64,000 nt of DNA, taken from positions 253,420-317,419 of the forward strand of contig JALHMH010000001.1 of the NCBI GenBank assembly GCA_022844165.1. The letters are read 5' to 3'. This stretch comes from Lysobacterales bacterium (GTDB lineage: Bacteria; Pseudomonadota; Gammaproteobacteria; Xanthomonadales; SZUA-5). Of this stretch, positions 8,462-18,080 are shown one piece after another. Numbering within the stretch: the first letter of the stretch is position 1; every line of letters starts with the position of its first letter. Under the pieces are notes generated by a model. That model was given only the letters and a program-made list of their open reading frames with translations. It was not told the origin of the DNA and did no database searches. Made by a program: the position numbers and the translations under genes.

Positions 8462-9034
8462 TCAGGTCGAAGGCATGGTTGTAAGCGATGTGCGCACTGC
8501 GGAGTCCGCGTTCGGGCCCAGCCAGATCGACAACAACACACGATTGAACTCGATGCCGGCGATATGCGCGCTGTCGCCGCCCTCAACCTCGATCTTGGCA
8601 CCACCATCGGGCGTATAAAAAATCGTGATGCGTTTGCCGCGCTCCGCAGCGGGAAGGACGGCGAGAAACTTCTCGATCCGGGACGCTGTGCGTGCCAGCG
8701 TCTCTGCGTCGGTAGCGAGTTCGAACTGACGGCGGAAGTGCTCGACGACTTGATCCTTCGGTAGGGAATTGGCGTACCAGATCAACGTGATCCGCATCGG
8801 AGTCAAGCCAGCTGCGAGATCTTCGTGTTTGGCTGCACCCATCGGTGCATGCAACGCCAGCCCATAAAAGGGAATAAAGCTGCGATGCACAATCGCGCTG
8901 CCAGAAAGCGGCCATGGCCGCGATTCGTCTGGCACACGAATCATAGGCTCGATCTCAGTTCCAGCATGGTTGAGCGCTAGCATTTGCGCGGGAAACAGCG
9001 CGACAGCGAGACCCAGTAGCGCTGTTCTGATCAT
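8462..9034 (-). CDS. Chalcone isomerase-like (fatty acid-binding fold) secreted protein
   Basis: Signal peptide MIRTALLGLAVALFPAQMLA; C-terminal EFNRVLLSIWLG motif. Confidence 0.7.
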   Translation of the reverse strand: MIRTALLGLAVALFPAQMLALNHAGTEIEPMIRVPDESRPWPLSGSAIVHRSFIPFYGLALHAPMGAAKHEDLAAGLTPMRITLIWYANSLPKDQVVEHFRRQFELATDAETLARTASRIEKFLAVLPAAERGKRITIFYTPDGGAKIEVEGGDSAHIAGIEFNRVLLSIWLGPNADSAVRTSLTTMPST

Positions 9035-9104
9035 GTGCGGTCCATGTAAAGTGGATAGGCTCATCATAGACCTGTCGCGGCGGAACAAGCTAAGTGCTGG
9101 GTCG

Positions 9105-9467
9105 CTATTTTCCGGGCCCGTTATAGCGGGAGCCCGCTGTACAGGTTTCATGCACGACGATCGACGAAAGTAAGGGCAGGCGAGGCTTCAGCTGTTCCCA
9201 GATCCACTGTGCCAGGCGCTCGCTCGTTGGGTTCTCAAGACCGGGCACATCGTTCAGGTAGTGGTGGTCCAACTGATCGAACAGCGGCTGAAACGCCGCC
9301 TTGACGTCCGCAAAATCCATCACCCAACCTTCGGGCTCAATCAACTCGCCGGTCAAATGGACTTCGATGCGGAACGAATGCCCGTGCAAGCGCGAGCACT
9401 TGTGCATTGCCGGCAGATTCGGCAGCCGATGGGCCGCCTCGATGGTAAAGGCCTTAAAGATGTCCAC
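9105..9467 (-). CDS. queD: 6-carboxy-5,6,7,8-tetrahydropterin synthase
   Basis: [30 protein letters not shown] motifs. Confidence 0.95.
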   Translation of the reverse strand: MDIFKAFTIEAAHRLPNLPAMHKCSRLHGHSFRIEVHLTGELIEPEGWVMDFADVKAAFQPLFDQLDHHYLNDVPGLENPTSERLAQWIWEQLKPRLPLLSSIVVHETCTAGSRYNGPGK

Positions 9468-9504
9468 GACGTGCAGATCGAGCGGAAAGAAAGTGACGCC
9501 GCTC

Positions 9505-9581
9505 TGGTGGCTATGGGTGGGCTCGAACCACCGACCTCAGCATTATGAGTGCCGCGCTCTGACCAGCTGAGCTACATAGCC
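9505..9581 (-). tRNA. tRNA-Met(CAT), elongator type
   Basis: GGCTATGTAGCTCAG...CACTCATAATG...CATAGCCACCA; paired 1:72 position, resembles E. coli metT. Confidence 0.93.
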
Positions 9582-9747
9582 AACGTGCGAAGACCGCGGA
9601 TCATGCCACAGCTGGTCCGCTGGCGAAAAGTACAGGCCATGTGCGTTCAGTGAATCGATAAAGTCGCGACATGGGTTAGAGAATTCACGGCCAGTCTTTG
9701 ACGGAACCCCGGTCCACGTTTCTTGCAGAGCATCAAGCCATGATCGC

Positions 9748-10037
9748 TGTGGATAAACCGCTGTTGAGCGAAACGAATAATGCTCGGCGGTCTGAGTCGA
9801 AGCCTCGCTGGTGTTGACGGAACTGGATCTCAAATGAGTCCAGTTTTCTTCGAAGCGGCTTTGGTTTTTGCAGCCCCATCAAGGGGGGGGCGAGGACCGG
9901 GGCTGACACGACGCAATGCATGTGTCGGGCCGAGCGCCCCGCGGCTGTGCCGTCGGGCCGGACATGCGAAGCGCGGGTTGTGGAAAGCACGCTGTCGAAG
10001 GAAGCCAACAGCGCTCGGCGATCTGAGGCGAAGCCTC
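9748..10037 (+). repeat. Dispersed ~250 bp palindromic repeat family: partial copy (9748-9807) plus diverged near-full copy (9812-10037)
   Basis: Shares TTCTTCGAAGCGGCTTTGG, GCTGACACG, GCGGCTGTGCCG and GCTCGGCG.TCTGAGGCGAAGCCTC with 52130-52370. Confidence 0.85.
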
Positions 10038-10118
10038 ATCAGATTTTCATTGAAGCGCTACGCCCGGCTGGCTAACATTGCGGGCGCCTATGGATGCCTC
10101 TTACCCATCAACCATCAC

Positions 10119-10610
10119 GTGAACCAGCCGATCAGCGAACTCAATACCGCGGGATCGATCGAAATCGTCGCGCGCCCCAATCGTTCTTCATCAATTCCGA
10201 CTTTAGTCTTGGTATTCTGCGCGCTGACGCTCGCCGTAACAGCGGTGGCTGTTTTTAGTTTTCGTCAGGGCAACGCTTTTGTGCCGTACTTCGCGTTGTT
10301 CGACATTTTGTTGGTTGGTGCGAGCTTGTGGTGGGTTTGGCGTCGGGGAGACGATTTCGACAGAGTCAGCATTGGCTTCTCAGCGCTAACGGTCGAACAA
10401 CGTCGTCGCGGAAGATCGAGTTGCGCAGAGTACGCGACACCATGGGCGAGATTGTGGGCGGAACGGCAGGTACATCGCACCGCACTGCTCGTCGGCTCGC
10501 ACGGCAGGGCGACAGAAATTGGCGAGTTTCTCGCAGACACGGAGCGCGAACAATTGTCGAGCTTGTTGCGGCAACGCTTGACTGAAATGCGCGCCGGCGA
10601 ACGAAAATGA
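10119..10610 (+). CDS. DUF2244 family membrane protein
   Basis: RPNRS motif, two TM helices, LLVGSHGRATEIGEFL..ER..L; start uncertain. Confidence 0.8.
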   Translation: MNQPISELNTAGSIEIVARPNRSSSIPTLVLVFCALTLAVTAVAVFSFRQGNAFVPYFALFDILLVGASLWWVWRRGDDFDRVSIGFSALTVEQRRRGRSSCAEYATPWARLWAERQVHRTALLVGSHGRATEIGEFLADTEREQLSSLLRQRLTEMRAGERK

Positions 10611-11476
10611 TGCAAAAGGAAGATATGGGCATGAGGAAGGCAAAGGGCGGGTTAGGAGTGGCGCTGATGGCGCTGTCGGTGTCGGCTTGGGCTGTACCCG
10701 AACGATGGCAACTGAACATGACGCCGGGCGTGACGGCAACCAGCCAAGACGTGTTCCAACTGCACATGCTGATATTGTGGATTTGCGTAGCGATTGGCAT
10801 CGTTGTGTTCGGCGCCATGTTCTACGCGATGATTAAATTCCGCAAATCCAAGGGCGCTGTCCCGGCCACGTGGAGCCACAACACCACTGCCGAGATCATC
10901 TGGACCGTCATCCCGGTGCTGATCCTGTTGGGCATGGCATGGCCCGCAACACAAACCCTGGTTCGTATGGCCGACACCGGCGATGCCGATATGACGGTCA
11001 AGATCACCGGATATCAGTGGAAATGGCGTTACGAGTACCTGGGCGAGGACGTGAAATTCATGAGTTCGTTGTCGCGCGCAGCGGATGAGGCGCGGCAACT
11101 GGGATCGGGCATCGATCCCAACTCGGTCGAGAACTATCTCTTGGACGTTGATCGGCCCCTGGTAGTGCCAACGAACACAAAAATTCGTTTTGTGATCACG
11201 GCGGACGATGTCATTCACGCATGGTGGGTTCCGGCGCTTGGATGGAAGCAGGACGCAATTCCCGGCTTCATCAACGAAGCCTGGACCGAGATCGAAGAAC
11301 CCGGTACTTACCGGGGGCAGTGCGCTGAATTGTGTGGGAAGGACCATGGCTTTATGCCAATCGTGGTCGTCGCGAAGCCGCGCGCAGAGTTCGATGCCTG
11401 GCTGGCAGAGCAAAAAGCGGCCAACGCGCCTGCGACTGACGCCGTAGTTCAAGCGCCGGCGCCCACCAAGAGCTGA
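10607..11476 (+). CDS. coxB: Cytochrome c oxidase subunit II
   Basis: GYQWKWRYEY, DVIHAWW, CuA motif CAELCGKDHGFM; start may be 10625 or 10631. Confidence 0.97.
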   Translation: MMQKEDMGMRKAKGGLGVALMALSVSAWAVPERWQLNMTPGVTATSQDVFQLHMLILWICVAIGIVVFGAMFYAMIKFRKSKGAVPATWSHNTTAEIIWTVIPVLILLGMAWPATQTLVRMADTGDADMTVKITGYQWKWRYEYLGEDVKFMSSLSRAADEARQLGSGIDPNSVENYLLDVDRPLVVPTNTKIRFVITADDVIHAWWVPALGWKQDAIPGFINEAWTEIEEPGTYRGQCAELCGKDHGFMPIVVVAKPRAEFDAWLAEQKAANAPATDAVVQAPAPTKS

Positions 11477-11506
11477 TCGATAGAGAATCTTAAAAGGCAC
11501 GACTAA

Positions 11507-13129
11507 ATGGCTACGTACGCTACGACAGATCACCACGAGGATCACGACCACAAGCCGAGCGGCTTCTTTGAGCGTTGGTTCATGTCGACCAATCACAAAG
11601 ACATCGGGACGCTCTACCTGGTGTTCTCGCTGATCATGTTCTTTATCGGCGGGGCGATGGCCCTGGTGATCCGAGCTGAGCTGTTTCAGCCCGGCTTACA
11701 GTTGGTCGAGCCGGATTTCTTCAACTCGATGACGACGGTGCACGCCTTGGTGATGATCTTCGGTGCCGTGATGCCGGCGTTCGTTGGTCTGGCCAATTGG
11801 ATGATCCCGATGATGGTCGGGGCACCGGACATGGCATTGCCGCGAATGAACAACTGGTCCTTCTGGATCATGCCGTTTGCCTTTGCATTGTTGCTCTCCA
11901 CTTTGTTCATGGAAGGTGGCGCCCCGGCAGGCGGCTGGACGCTTTATCCGCCTTTGTCGATTCAAGGCGGCAACAATGTCGCATTCGTCATCTTCGCTGT
12001 CCACATGATGGGTATCAGCTCGATCATGGGCGCCATTAACATTATTGCGACGATCCTGAACATGCGCGCGCCGGGTATGGATCTGCTGAAAATGCCGGTG
12101 TTCGTATGGACTTGGCTGATCACTGCATTTTTGCTCATCGCGGTCATGCCGGTGTTGGCGGGTGCCGTGACCATGCTGCTGACCGATAAGTTCTTCGGCA
12201 CCAGCTTCTTCAGCGCCGCTGGCGGCGGCGATCCCGTGATGTTCCAGCACATCTTCTGGTTCTTTGGGCATCCGGAGGTGTACATCATGATTTTGCCCGC
12301 GTTCGGCATTGTCTCCGAGATCATCCCGACTTTTTCGCGCAAGCCGCTGTTCGGCTACCAGGCAATGGTGTACGCGACCGCGTCCATCGCGTTCTTGTCG
12401 TTCATCGTCTGGGCGCATCATATGTTCACGGTGGGCATGCCGCTCGGCGGACAGTTGTTCTTCATGTACGCCACCATGCTGATTGCCGTGCCCACCGGGG
12501 TCAAGGTCTTCAATTGGGTGGCAACGATGTGGCGTGGATCGATGACCTTCGAGACGCCGATGCTGTTCGCCGTCGGTTTCGTTATTTTGTTTACGATCGG
12601 CGGATTCTCCGGTTTGATGTTGGCCATTGTGCCGGCCGACTTCCAGTATCACGACACTTACTTCGTCGTTGCGCATTTCCACTATGTGTTAGTGACCGGC
12701 GCAATTTTCTCGATCATGGCCGCCGTCTACTACTGGCTGCCCAAGTGGACTGGAAGAATGTACAACGAGACGCTGGGCAAGTGGCACTTCTGGCTGTCGA
12801 CCATCACCGTCAACATCCTGTTTTTTCCGCAACACTTCCTCGGTTTGGCCGGCATGCCGCGCCGAATTCCTGATTACAACCCAGCCTTCGCGGATTTCAA
12901 TGTGATTTCTTCGGTCGGTGGATTTGCGTTCGGCATCACCCAACTGCTGTTCGCCTGGATCGTCATCGACTGCTGCCTCAGAAAACGCGGTGCCAAGGCG
13001 ACATCGGGCGTATGGGAGTCGGCAAAAGGCCTGGAATGGACCTTGGCTTCGCCGGCGCCATACCACTCGTTTACCACGCCTCCGAAGATCGATGATCGGA
13101 TGTTGGCGCACGGCGATGTGTCGCACTGA
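11507..13129 (+). CDS. coxA: Cytochrome c oxidase subunit I (A1 type)
   Basis: NHKDIGTLY, FGHPEVY, WAHHM, AHFHYV. Confidence 0.98.
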   Translation: MATYATTDHHEDHDHKPSGFFERWFMSTNHKDIGTLYLVFSLIMFFIGGAMALVIRAELFQPGLQLVEPDFFNSMTTVHALVMIFGAVMPAFVGLANWMIPMMVGAPDMALPRMNNWSFWIMPFAFALLLSTLFMEGGAPAGGWTLYPPLSIQGGNNVAFVIFAVHMMGISSIMGAINIIATILNMRAPGMDLLKMPVFVWTWLITAFLLIAVMPVLAGAVTMLLTDKFFGTSFFSAAGGGDPVMFQHIFWFFGHPEVYIMILPAFGIVSEIIPTFSRKPLFGYQAMVYATASIAFLSFIVWAHHMFTVGMPLGGQLFFMYATMLIAVPTGVKVFNWVATMWRGSMTFETPMLFAVGFVILFTIGGFSGLMLAIVPADFQYHDTYFVVAHFHYVLVTGAIFSIMAAVYYWLPKWTGRMYNETLGKWHFWLSTITVNILFFPQHFLGLAGMPRRIPDYNPAFADFNVISSVGGFAFGITQLLFAWIVIDCCLRKRGAKATSGVWESAKGLEWTLASPAPYHSFTTPPKIDDRMLAHGDVSH

Positions 13130-13245
13130 TGATCGATGCTCGACGTAAAGCAGGCGTCAGGCGCACGGTGATTGTGTTATGCACAATCGCCGCGGCGCTG
13201 TACGGGTTTTTGTTCGTACGTGCTTTTTGGTTGACTGGACAATGA
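13129..13245 (+). CDS. 38 aa single-TM small protein of the cox operon (absent from the ORF track)
   Basis: MIDARRKAGVRRTVIVLCTIAAALYGFLFVRAFWLTGQ; TGATG overlap with coxA and ATGA overlap with ctaG. Confidence 0.75.
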   Translation: MIDARRKAGVRRTVIVLCTIAAALYGFLFVRAFWLTGQ

Positions 13246-13820
13246 ATGCATCCGGCCGCCATCGCGTGTTACTCAAGCGCATGTTGCTGACATGCGCGGC
13301 ATCGTTCGTTTTCTGTTTCTCACTGATTCCGATCTACACCATCTACTGCGAGATCACAGGCATCAACGGCAAAACGGGCACGCTGTCGCCTGTCGCTGCG
13401 GGCGCAACGACGATCGACTACAGCCGAACGGTGAAGGTCGAATTCGATGCCGCCGTGAAGTCTGGTCTCGATTGGGAGTTTCGCCCGAAGGTGGCCTCTG
13501 TCGATGTTCACCCCGGCGACGTGATCGAAGTAATGTTCGAAGCGATTAATCGCGAGCCCGAGTTGATTGTCGGGCAGGCGGTGCCGAGCGTTGCGCCGAA
13601 TCGCGCCTCGCTGTACTTCAGCAAGACCGAGTGTTTCTGCTTCACTGAGCAGCCGCTTGAGGCGGGCGAAAGTAAAGACATGCCCGTGCGTTTTGTGATC
13701 GATCCGGCGATACCGGCCAATGTGTCGACGGTGACTTTGTCTTACGTCTTTTATCGCAACGAACACGCCACACAAAGACTGGCGCAGAGCGCTGCTGCGA
13801 TCGATAATCGAGTCCTGTAG
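13242..13820 (+). CDS. ctaG: Cytochrome c oxidase assembly protein CtaG/Cox11
   Basis: YCEITGING and KTECFCF copper motif. Confidence 0.95.
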   Translation: MNASGRHRVLLKRMLLTCAASFVFCFSLIPIYTIYCEITGINGKTGTLSPVAAGATTIDYSRTVKVEFDAAVKSGLDWEFRPKVASVDVHPGDVIEVMFEAINREPELIVGQAVPSVAPNRASLYFSKTECFCFTEQPLEAGESKDMPVRFVIDPAIPANVSTVTLSYVFYRNEHATQRLAQSAAAIDNRVL

Positions 13821-13865
13821 TCGCTATACACCGTTGCAGCTTTCAACCGCTTTAGGAATGACATC

Positions 13866-14744
13866 ATGGGTCAAGCAACAGCATCGTCGAACGCCTACTA
13901 CGTGCCGCACGCCAGCGTGTGGCCGATTGTTGGATCTGTTGCATTGTTCCTTTTGATGAGCGGCGCCGCCACGTTGCTGAACGGCGGGTCTGGAATGGGT
14001 CTGCTGAAGTTCTGGCTGGGCTTTGCGATTCTGATCTTCATGTTTTTTGGTTGGTTTGGCGCGGTCATCAAGGAGAGCCTGCAGGGGCTCTACAACAGTC
14101 AGGTCGATGTCTCCTTCCGCATGGGGATGGTGTGGTTCATTTTTTCCGAAGTCATGTTTTTCGCCGCTTTTTTTGGCGCCCTGTACTACGCGCGCATCTT
14201 TTCGATACCGTGGCTCGGTGGCGAAGGCGATGGGTTTGCGACCAACCAGCTGTTGCACCAAGGTTACGAGGCGGCCTGGCCGACCAACGGTCCGGACAAC
14301 GTTGGCGGTTTCTTTGAGACGATCCCGGCATGGGGGATTCCGCTTCTTAACACGCTGTTGCTTTTGACCTCGGGTCTGACGATCACCTTGGCGCACTGGG
14401 CGTTGAAGGTTGGTCAGCGCGGCGCTCTGATCTTCTGGATGTCGGCAACGATCGTGCTCGGCATCATTTTCTTGTACTGGCAGGCCTATGAATACGTGCA
14501 CGCTTACCAGGATCTGGGGTTGACCTTAGGCTCCGGCATCTACGGCAGCACTTTTTTCATGTTGACCGGCTTTCATGGTCTGCATGTAACCTTGGGTACG
14601 ATCATGCTGATCGTGATTCTATTTCGCTGTATGGCCGGTCATTTCACCAAAGAGAATCACTTTGCATTCGAAGCTGTCGCCTGGTACTGGCATTTTGTCG
14701 ATGTGGTTTGGTTAGGCCTGTTCGTGTTCGTGTACGTACTCTGA
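13866..14744 (+). CDS. coxC: Cytochrome c oxidase subunit III
   Basis: FIFSEVMFF, TGFHGLHV, WYWHFVDVVW. Confidence 0.97.
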   Translation: MGQATASSNAYYVPHASVWPIVGSVALFLLMSGAATLLNGGSGMGLLKFWLGFAILIFMFFGWFGAVIKESLQGLYNSQVDVSFRMGMVWFIFSEVMFFAAFFGALYYARIFSIPWLGGEGDGFATNQLLHQGYEAAWPTNGPDNVGGFFETIPAWGIPLLNTLLLLTSGLTITLAHWALKVGQRGALIFWMSATIVLGIIFLYWQAYEYVHAYQDLGLTLGSGIYGSTFFMLTGFHGLHVTLGTIMLIVILFRCMAGHFTKENHFAFEAVAWYWHFVDVVWLGLFVFVYVL

Positions 14745-14795
14745 CACTGGAATGGGGCGCGGATCGGGTGCCGCTGGCCAACGTTGATGTGAGTT

Positions 14796-15605
14796 TCACC
14801 GATGATCGGTATGCAGATCGGCTAAAAAGGCCTGCAGCGAGTGGTTCACGAGTGCCGAATTTTCCAGGTTAGCGCTGTGTCCGCTTCCGGCCACAACGAT
14901 CAGCTTAGACTTGGCGATAGAATTCGCCATTCGCCGTGCATCGTGAATCGGCGTTGTTTGGTCGTGTTCGCCAGCGAAGATCAGCGTTGGAGCTCGAATC
15001 GCCGACAGTTCATGCACAATGCCTTCGCGGCTTATGACGCCACCGACCGGACCTGCGATCCGACGCGGCAGTGATTGAATATGATGCCTCCAGCGTTCCC
15101 GAAGTTCTGAGTGTTCGGTCGCCCGCAAAAAGCTCGGGCCGAACATGAGTGGCAGAATTTGAGGAACCAGCGGCTTTGGGCCGAATAGCCGCGCGATAAG
15201 CTGCATGATTCGATAGCGAAGTTTCTTGACGATCGGCTCACGGTCAGCCGATGAATTGATCAAGGTCAGGCTAAGCAGTAATTCCGGATACCGCGCAGCC
15301 ACGCGCAGGCCCACAAATCCACCCATCGACATACCAACGAAATGACAGGGTGCAGCGTTCTGCCGGATGAGTGCTGCTGCGTCTTCTGTCAGCGTGTCCA
15401 TATCAAAAGGACCGTCGGGCGACGACTGCCCTTGGCCCCGATGATCGTATGCAATCGTCCGATATCGTGTGTCGAGCGCCGCGCGCTGAGCCGCAAACAT
15501 GCCATGGTCCATCAGCAAACCATGTGAAAAGACGATGGACTCAGTTCCAATTCCGGACTGACTGACATACAACTCCGTGCCGTTCACCGCGACCATCTGA
15601 TTCAT
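14796..15605 (-). CDS. Alpha/beta fold hydrolase
   Basis: HG oxyanion motif, DHRGQG, GMSMG nucleophile elbow, GEHD, SGH. Confidence 0.9.
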   Translation of the reverse strand: MNQMVAVNGTELYVSQSGIGTESIVFSHGLLMDHGMFAAQRAALDTRYRTIAYDHRGQGQSSPDGPFDMDTLTEDAAALIRQNAAPCHFVGMSMGGFVGLRVAARYPELLLSLTLINSSADREPIVKKLRYRIMQLIARLFGPKPLVPQILPLMFGPSFLRATEHSELRERWRHHIQSLPRRIAGPVGGVISREGIVHELSAIRAPTLIFAGEHDQTTPIHDARRMANSIAKSKLIVVAGSGHSANLENSALVNHSLQAFLADLHTDHR

Positions 15606-15747
15606 GTCGGCCCCTGTTGGTGCTCACCTGGCGTGAATTTACGTGAGCGGGAATGAGATTGCGCGATGGCAATCCGGCACGTTTTGCTTACGTACGGGTG
15701 CCCATAGAACGGGCTTCGAAATCGGGTCCAGCGACGCTGAAATGGTG

Positions 15748-16179
15748 TCAGGCATTCAGCGCGCTGACCACTCCAGGGTTCGCGATACGGGCCACGTTGC
15801 AAGCTTCGGCCAATGACGACTCCATCTCGAGTTTGATGCGGTTAATGACCCGCAGTGCCGCCAGCGCTTCAGGGGAGTCAGGTTCTTCTCCTGCGGCCAG
15901 TGCCATTGAATCCAGCTGTGCTTGGCCTTGCGATACCGCCATCGCCTCATCATCATCCACGAACTGGGCGAGAAAAATATAGCCTCGAATCAGAGCATCG
16001 CGCAGTGCTGCATCCTCGGGCTCAAGACGCTTGAGTACACCGAGCGTGGCCTCTCGTATGGCGGTCTTGGAGTGTGGCAGAAACGACAACGGCAGGGCGC
16101 AACATCCAGGTTCGATGTTACCCAGCAACTTGCCATAGTCGCTCAAAATACGCGTGGCCATGGAGATCATTCGGAGCAT
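15748..16179 (-). CDS. Hypothetical protein
   Basis: 143 aa ORF filling the gap with plausible composition (LPHSKTAIREA...GYIFLAQF). Confidence 0.6.
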   Translation of the reverse strand: MLRMISMATRILSDYGKLLGNIEPGCCALPLSFLPHSKTAIREATLGVLKRLEPEDAALRDALIRGYIFLAQFVDDDEAMAVSQGQAQLDSMALAAGEEPDSPEALAALRVINRIKLEMESSLAEACNVARIANPGVVSALNA

Positions 16180-16274
16180 TCTTCGGCTGACGACTGCTTG
16201 AACAGTAGAAATCGCAAGCGAAAAAGTAAAGTGCGGCCGTTAGCAGGTTCTTAAGAAACAAAGCAAAAAGCTGC

Positions 16275-16395
16275 TGAGCACTGTTGACGACGTTCGACAG
16301 CGTGCCTGCCACAACCGCGCGCGGGGTTTGAAAAGCCAAGGCTGCCTCGGAGAAACTCAGATTCACTCACGGCTCAAGCAGAGCCTGTTAGGTTC
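16275..16395 (-). repeat. Degenerate, internally deleted copy of the dispersed repeat
   Basis: GAGCACTGTTG..CGACAGCGTGCCTGCCACAACC and AAAGCCAAGGCTGC resemble 53720-53760 and 53880-53895. Confidence 0.55.
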
Positions 16396-16421
16396 TTCGT
16401 TACGTATCGAGGGCTTACCCC

Positions 16422-16598
16422 ATGAATACCGAACCGCCTCTGACGCCGTGCATCGGTGTGTGCAAGATGGATGCAGAGGGGTTCTGTATCGGCTGTCGTC
16501 GCAATAGCCGCGAAATTTCAGCTTGGGGACAGCTCAGCAACCTGGAACGCGCCCACATCATGCGTTATGAACTACCGAAGCGAATTGTGCGTGAATGA
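16422..16598 (+). CDS. DUF1289 family small Cys-rich protein (58 aa, absent from the ORF track)
   Basis: TPCIGVCKMDAEGFCIGCRRNSREISAW. Confidence 0.85.
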   Translation: MNTEPPLTPCIGVCKMDAEGFCIGCRRNSREISAWGQLSNLERAHIMRYELPKRIVRE

Positions 16599-17253
16599 GT
16601 GGCTCACGGGTGCACCAATTGCCCAGGCGCGTTCCGCTCTGCGCCCACTGTCGGACTCGGTCGACTGCACACCTTTGAACCTGGATGAACTTGATGGGCT
16701 CCTGCCCCAGGACAGAGTATTTCGGGATGCAGGTGTTCTGGTTGGATTGGTGCCACGCTCCAGTGGCTGGCAGTTACTGCTGACGCGACGAACAGAAACA
16801 CTGGCCAATCACGCGGGGCAAATCAGTTTCCCTGGCGGGCGAGTCGAAGCCTCCGATGCCGGCGTGGTTGCAGCTGCGCTTCGCGAGACTACTGAAGAAA
16901 CCGGAATCGAACGTTCAGCAATGGCTCCGGTCGGTTTGCTTGATCGGTACGCCACGATCAGCGCGTTCAATGTGACACCCGTTTTGGCGCTAGTCCATCC
17001 TGAAGCCACCTATCGACACGATCCGGCGGAAGTCGATGAGGTGTTCGAAGTACCTTTGGCGCATGTGCTGGATCGTGCCAACCTGGTCCGCGAGGAGCGC
17101 TTTTTTATGGGTCGAATGCGCGGCTACTACGTGATCTGGTATCAGCACTATCGCATCTGGGGGGCCACCGCTGGCATGCTCGTGAATCTCATCGAACGAT
17201 TCGAGCGCCATGGACTCAAGCCCACTGATTTCAGTCGAAGAGTTGAGCCGTAG
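16591..17253 (+). CDS. CoA pyrophosphatase, Nudix hydrolase (NudL-like)
   Basis: LLLTRR..L..HAGQISFPGG, AALRETTEETG, IWGATA; GTG start overlapping the DUF1289 gene. Confidence 0.9.
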   Translation: MNEWLTGAPIAQARSALRPLSDSVDCTPLNLDELDGLLPQDRVFRDAGVLVGLVPRSSGWQLLLTRRTETLANHAGQISFPGGRVEASDAGVVAAALRETTEETGIERSAMAPVGLLDRYATISAFNVTPVLALVHPEATYRHDPAEVDEVFEVPLAHVLDRANLVREERFFMGRMRGYYVIWYQHYRIWGATAGMLVNLIERFERHGLKPTDFSRRVEP

Positions 17254-18046
17254 GGAACCCGGGATCGTGGTTCTCGATTGTCGCTTCGAGCTTTCGGATA
17301 AAGGTGCAGGACGACGCGCCTATGACGTTGGGCATTTACCGGGTGCATTGTTCGTCGATCTGGAAGACGATCTATCCGATATGCGACAAGTCGCTACACG
17401 CGGGCGACACCCCTTGCCGACAGATCGGCAGCTGAGCGCTGTGTTATCGCGTCTTGGCGTCAACGCAAACTCCGAGCTCGTCTGTTACGACGCCGCCGAT
17501 GGCATGTTTGCGGCGCGCGCCTGGTGGCTTTTTTCACACTCGACGCAACTTCGGGTCCGGGTTCTCGATGGCGGCTTGAAGGAATGGCTGGCGGCCGGAC
17601 ATTCGCTGACGATGGATAAGCCACAGGTCGAAACAACCGACTACCGTGCCTCATTGTCCGATGATGCGTGGATCGCAACGGACAAGCTGACAGCGTTCCT
17701 GAAAGGCGGTGTGTTGCTTGATGCCCGCGCGGCGCCCCGATTTCGTGGCGAAGTGGAGCCGATAGATCCCATTGCCGGCCACGTGCCCGGTGCCGTTAAT
17801 GCGCCGTTTGGCGACAATCTGCGTAACGGAAAATTCAAGCCCGCAGAGGAACTGGCTGAGCGTTTTGCGCCATTGATTAAACCCGGTGCCCACCGGGTCG
17901 CGCACATGTGCGGTTCCGGTGTCACTGCTTGCCACAATCTGCTGGCCATGGAGGTTGCCGGCTATCGCGGTTCGTGTCTATACGCGGATTCCTGGAGCGG
18001 CTGGATTACCGACCGGTCGCGAGCGATCGCTTTGGGCAGCGCCTGA
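17210..18046 (+). CDS. sseA: Tandem rhodanese sulfurtransferase (SseA-like)
   Basis: GHLPGA, GRHPLP, LDGG, CGSGVTAC active site, SWSGW. Confidence 0.88.
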   Translation: MDSSPLISVEELSRREPGIVVLDCRFELSDKGAGRRAYDVGHLPGALFVDLEDDLSDMRQVATRGRHPLPTDRQLSAVLSRLGVNANSELVCYDAADGMFAARAWWLFSHSTQLRVRVLDGGLKEWLAAGHSLTMDKPQVETTDYRASLSDDAWIATDKLTAFLKGGVLLDARAAPRFRGEVEPIDPIAGHVPGAVNAPFGDNLRNGKFKPAEELAERFAPLIKPGAHRVAHMCGSGVTACHNLLAMEVAGYRGSCLYADSWSGWITDRSRAIALGSA

Positions 18047-18080
18047 ACCTTGTCATGGCATGGTCAATTCCCGAAAGTCG

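Noticed and set aside
9505-9581. tRNA-Ile2 (lysidine) or initiator fMet
   Set aside because: Paired 1:72 position, no GGG/CCC anticodon stem, and close resemblance to elongator metT.
9883-9890. Poly-G phase-variation tract
   Set aside because: It lies within the G-rich stem arm of the non-coding repeat, not in a gene or promoter.
9780-10118. Long N-terminus of the 276 aa ORF, and the similar short ORFs at 52128-52406, 53482-53910 and 63679-63943
   Set aside because: These are translations of the dispersed non-coding repeat, which explains their mutual similarity.
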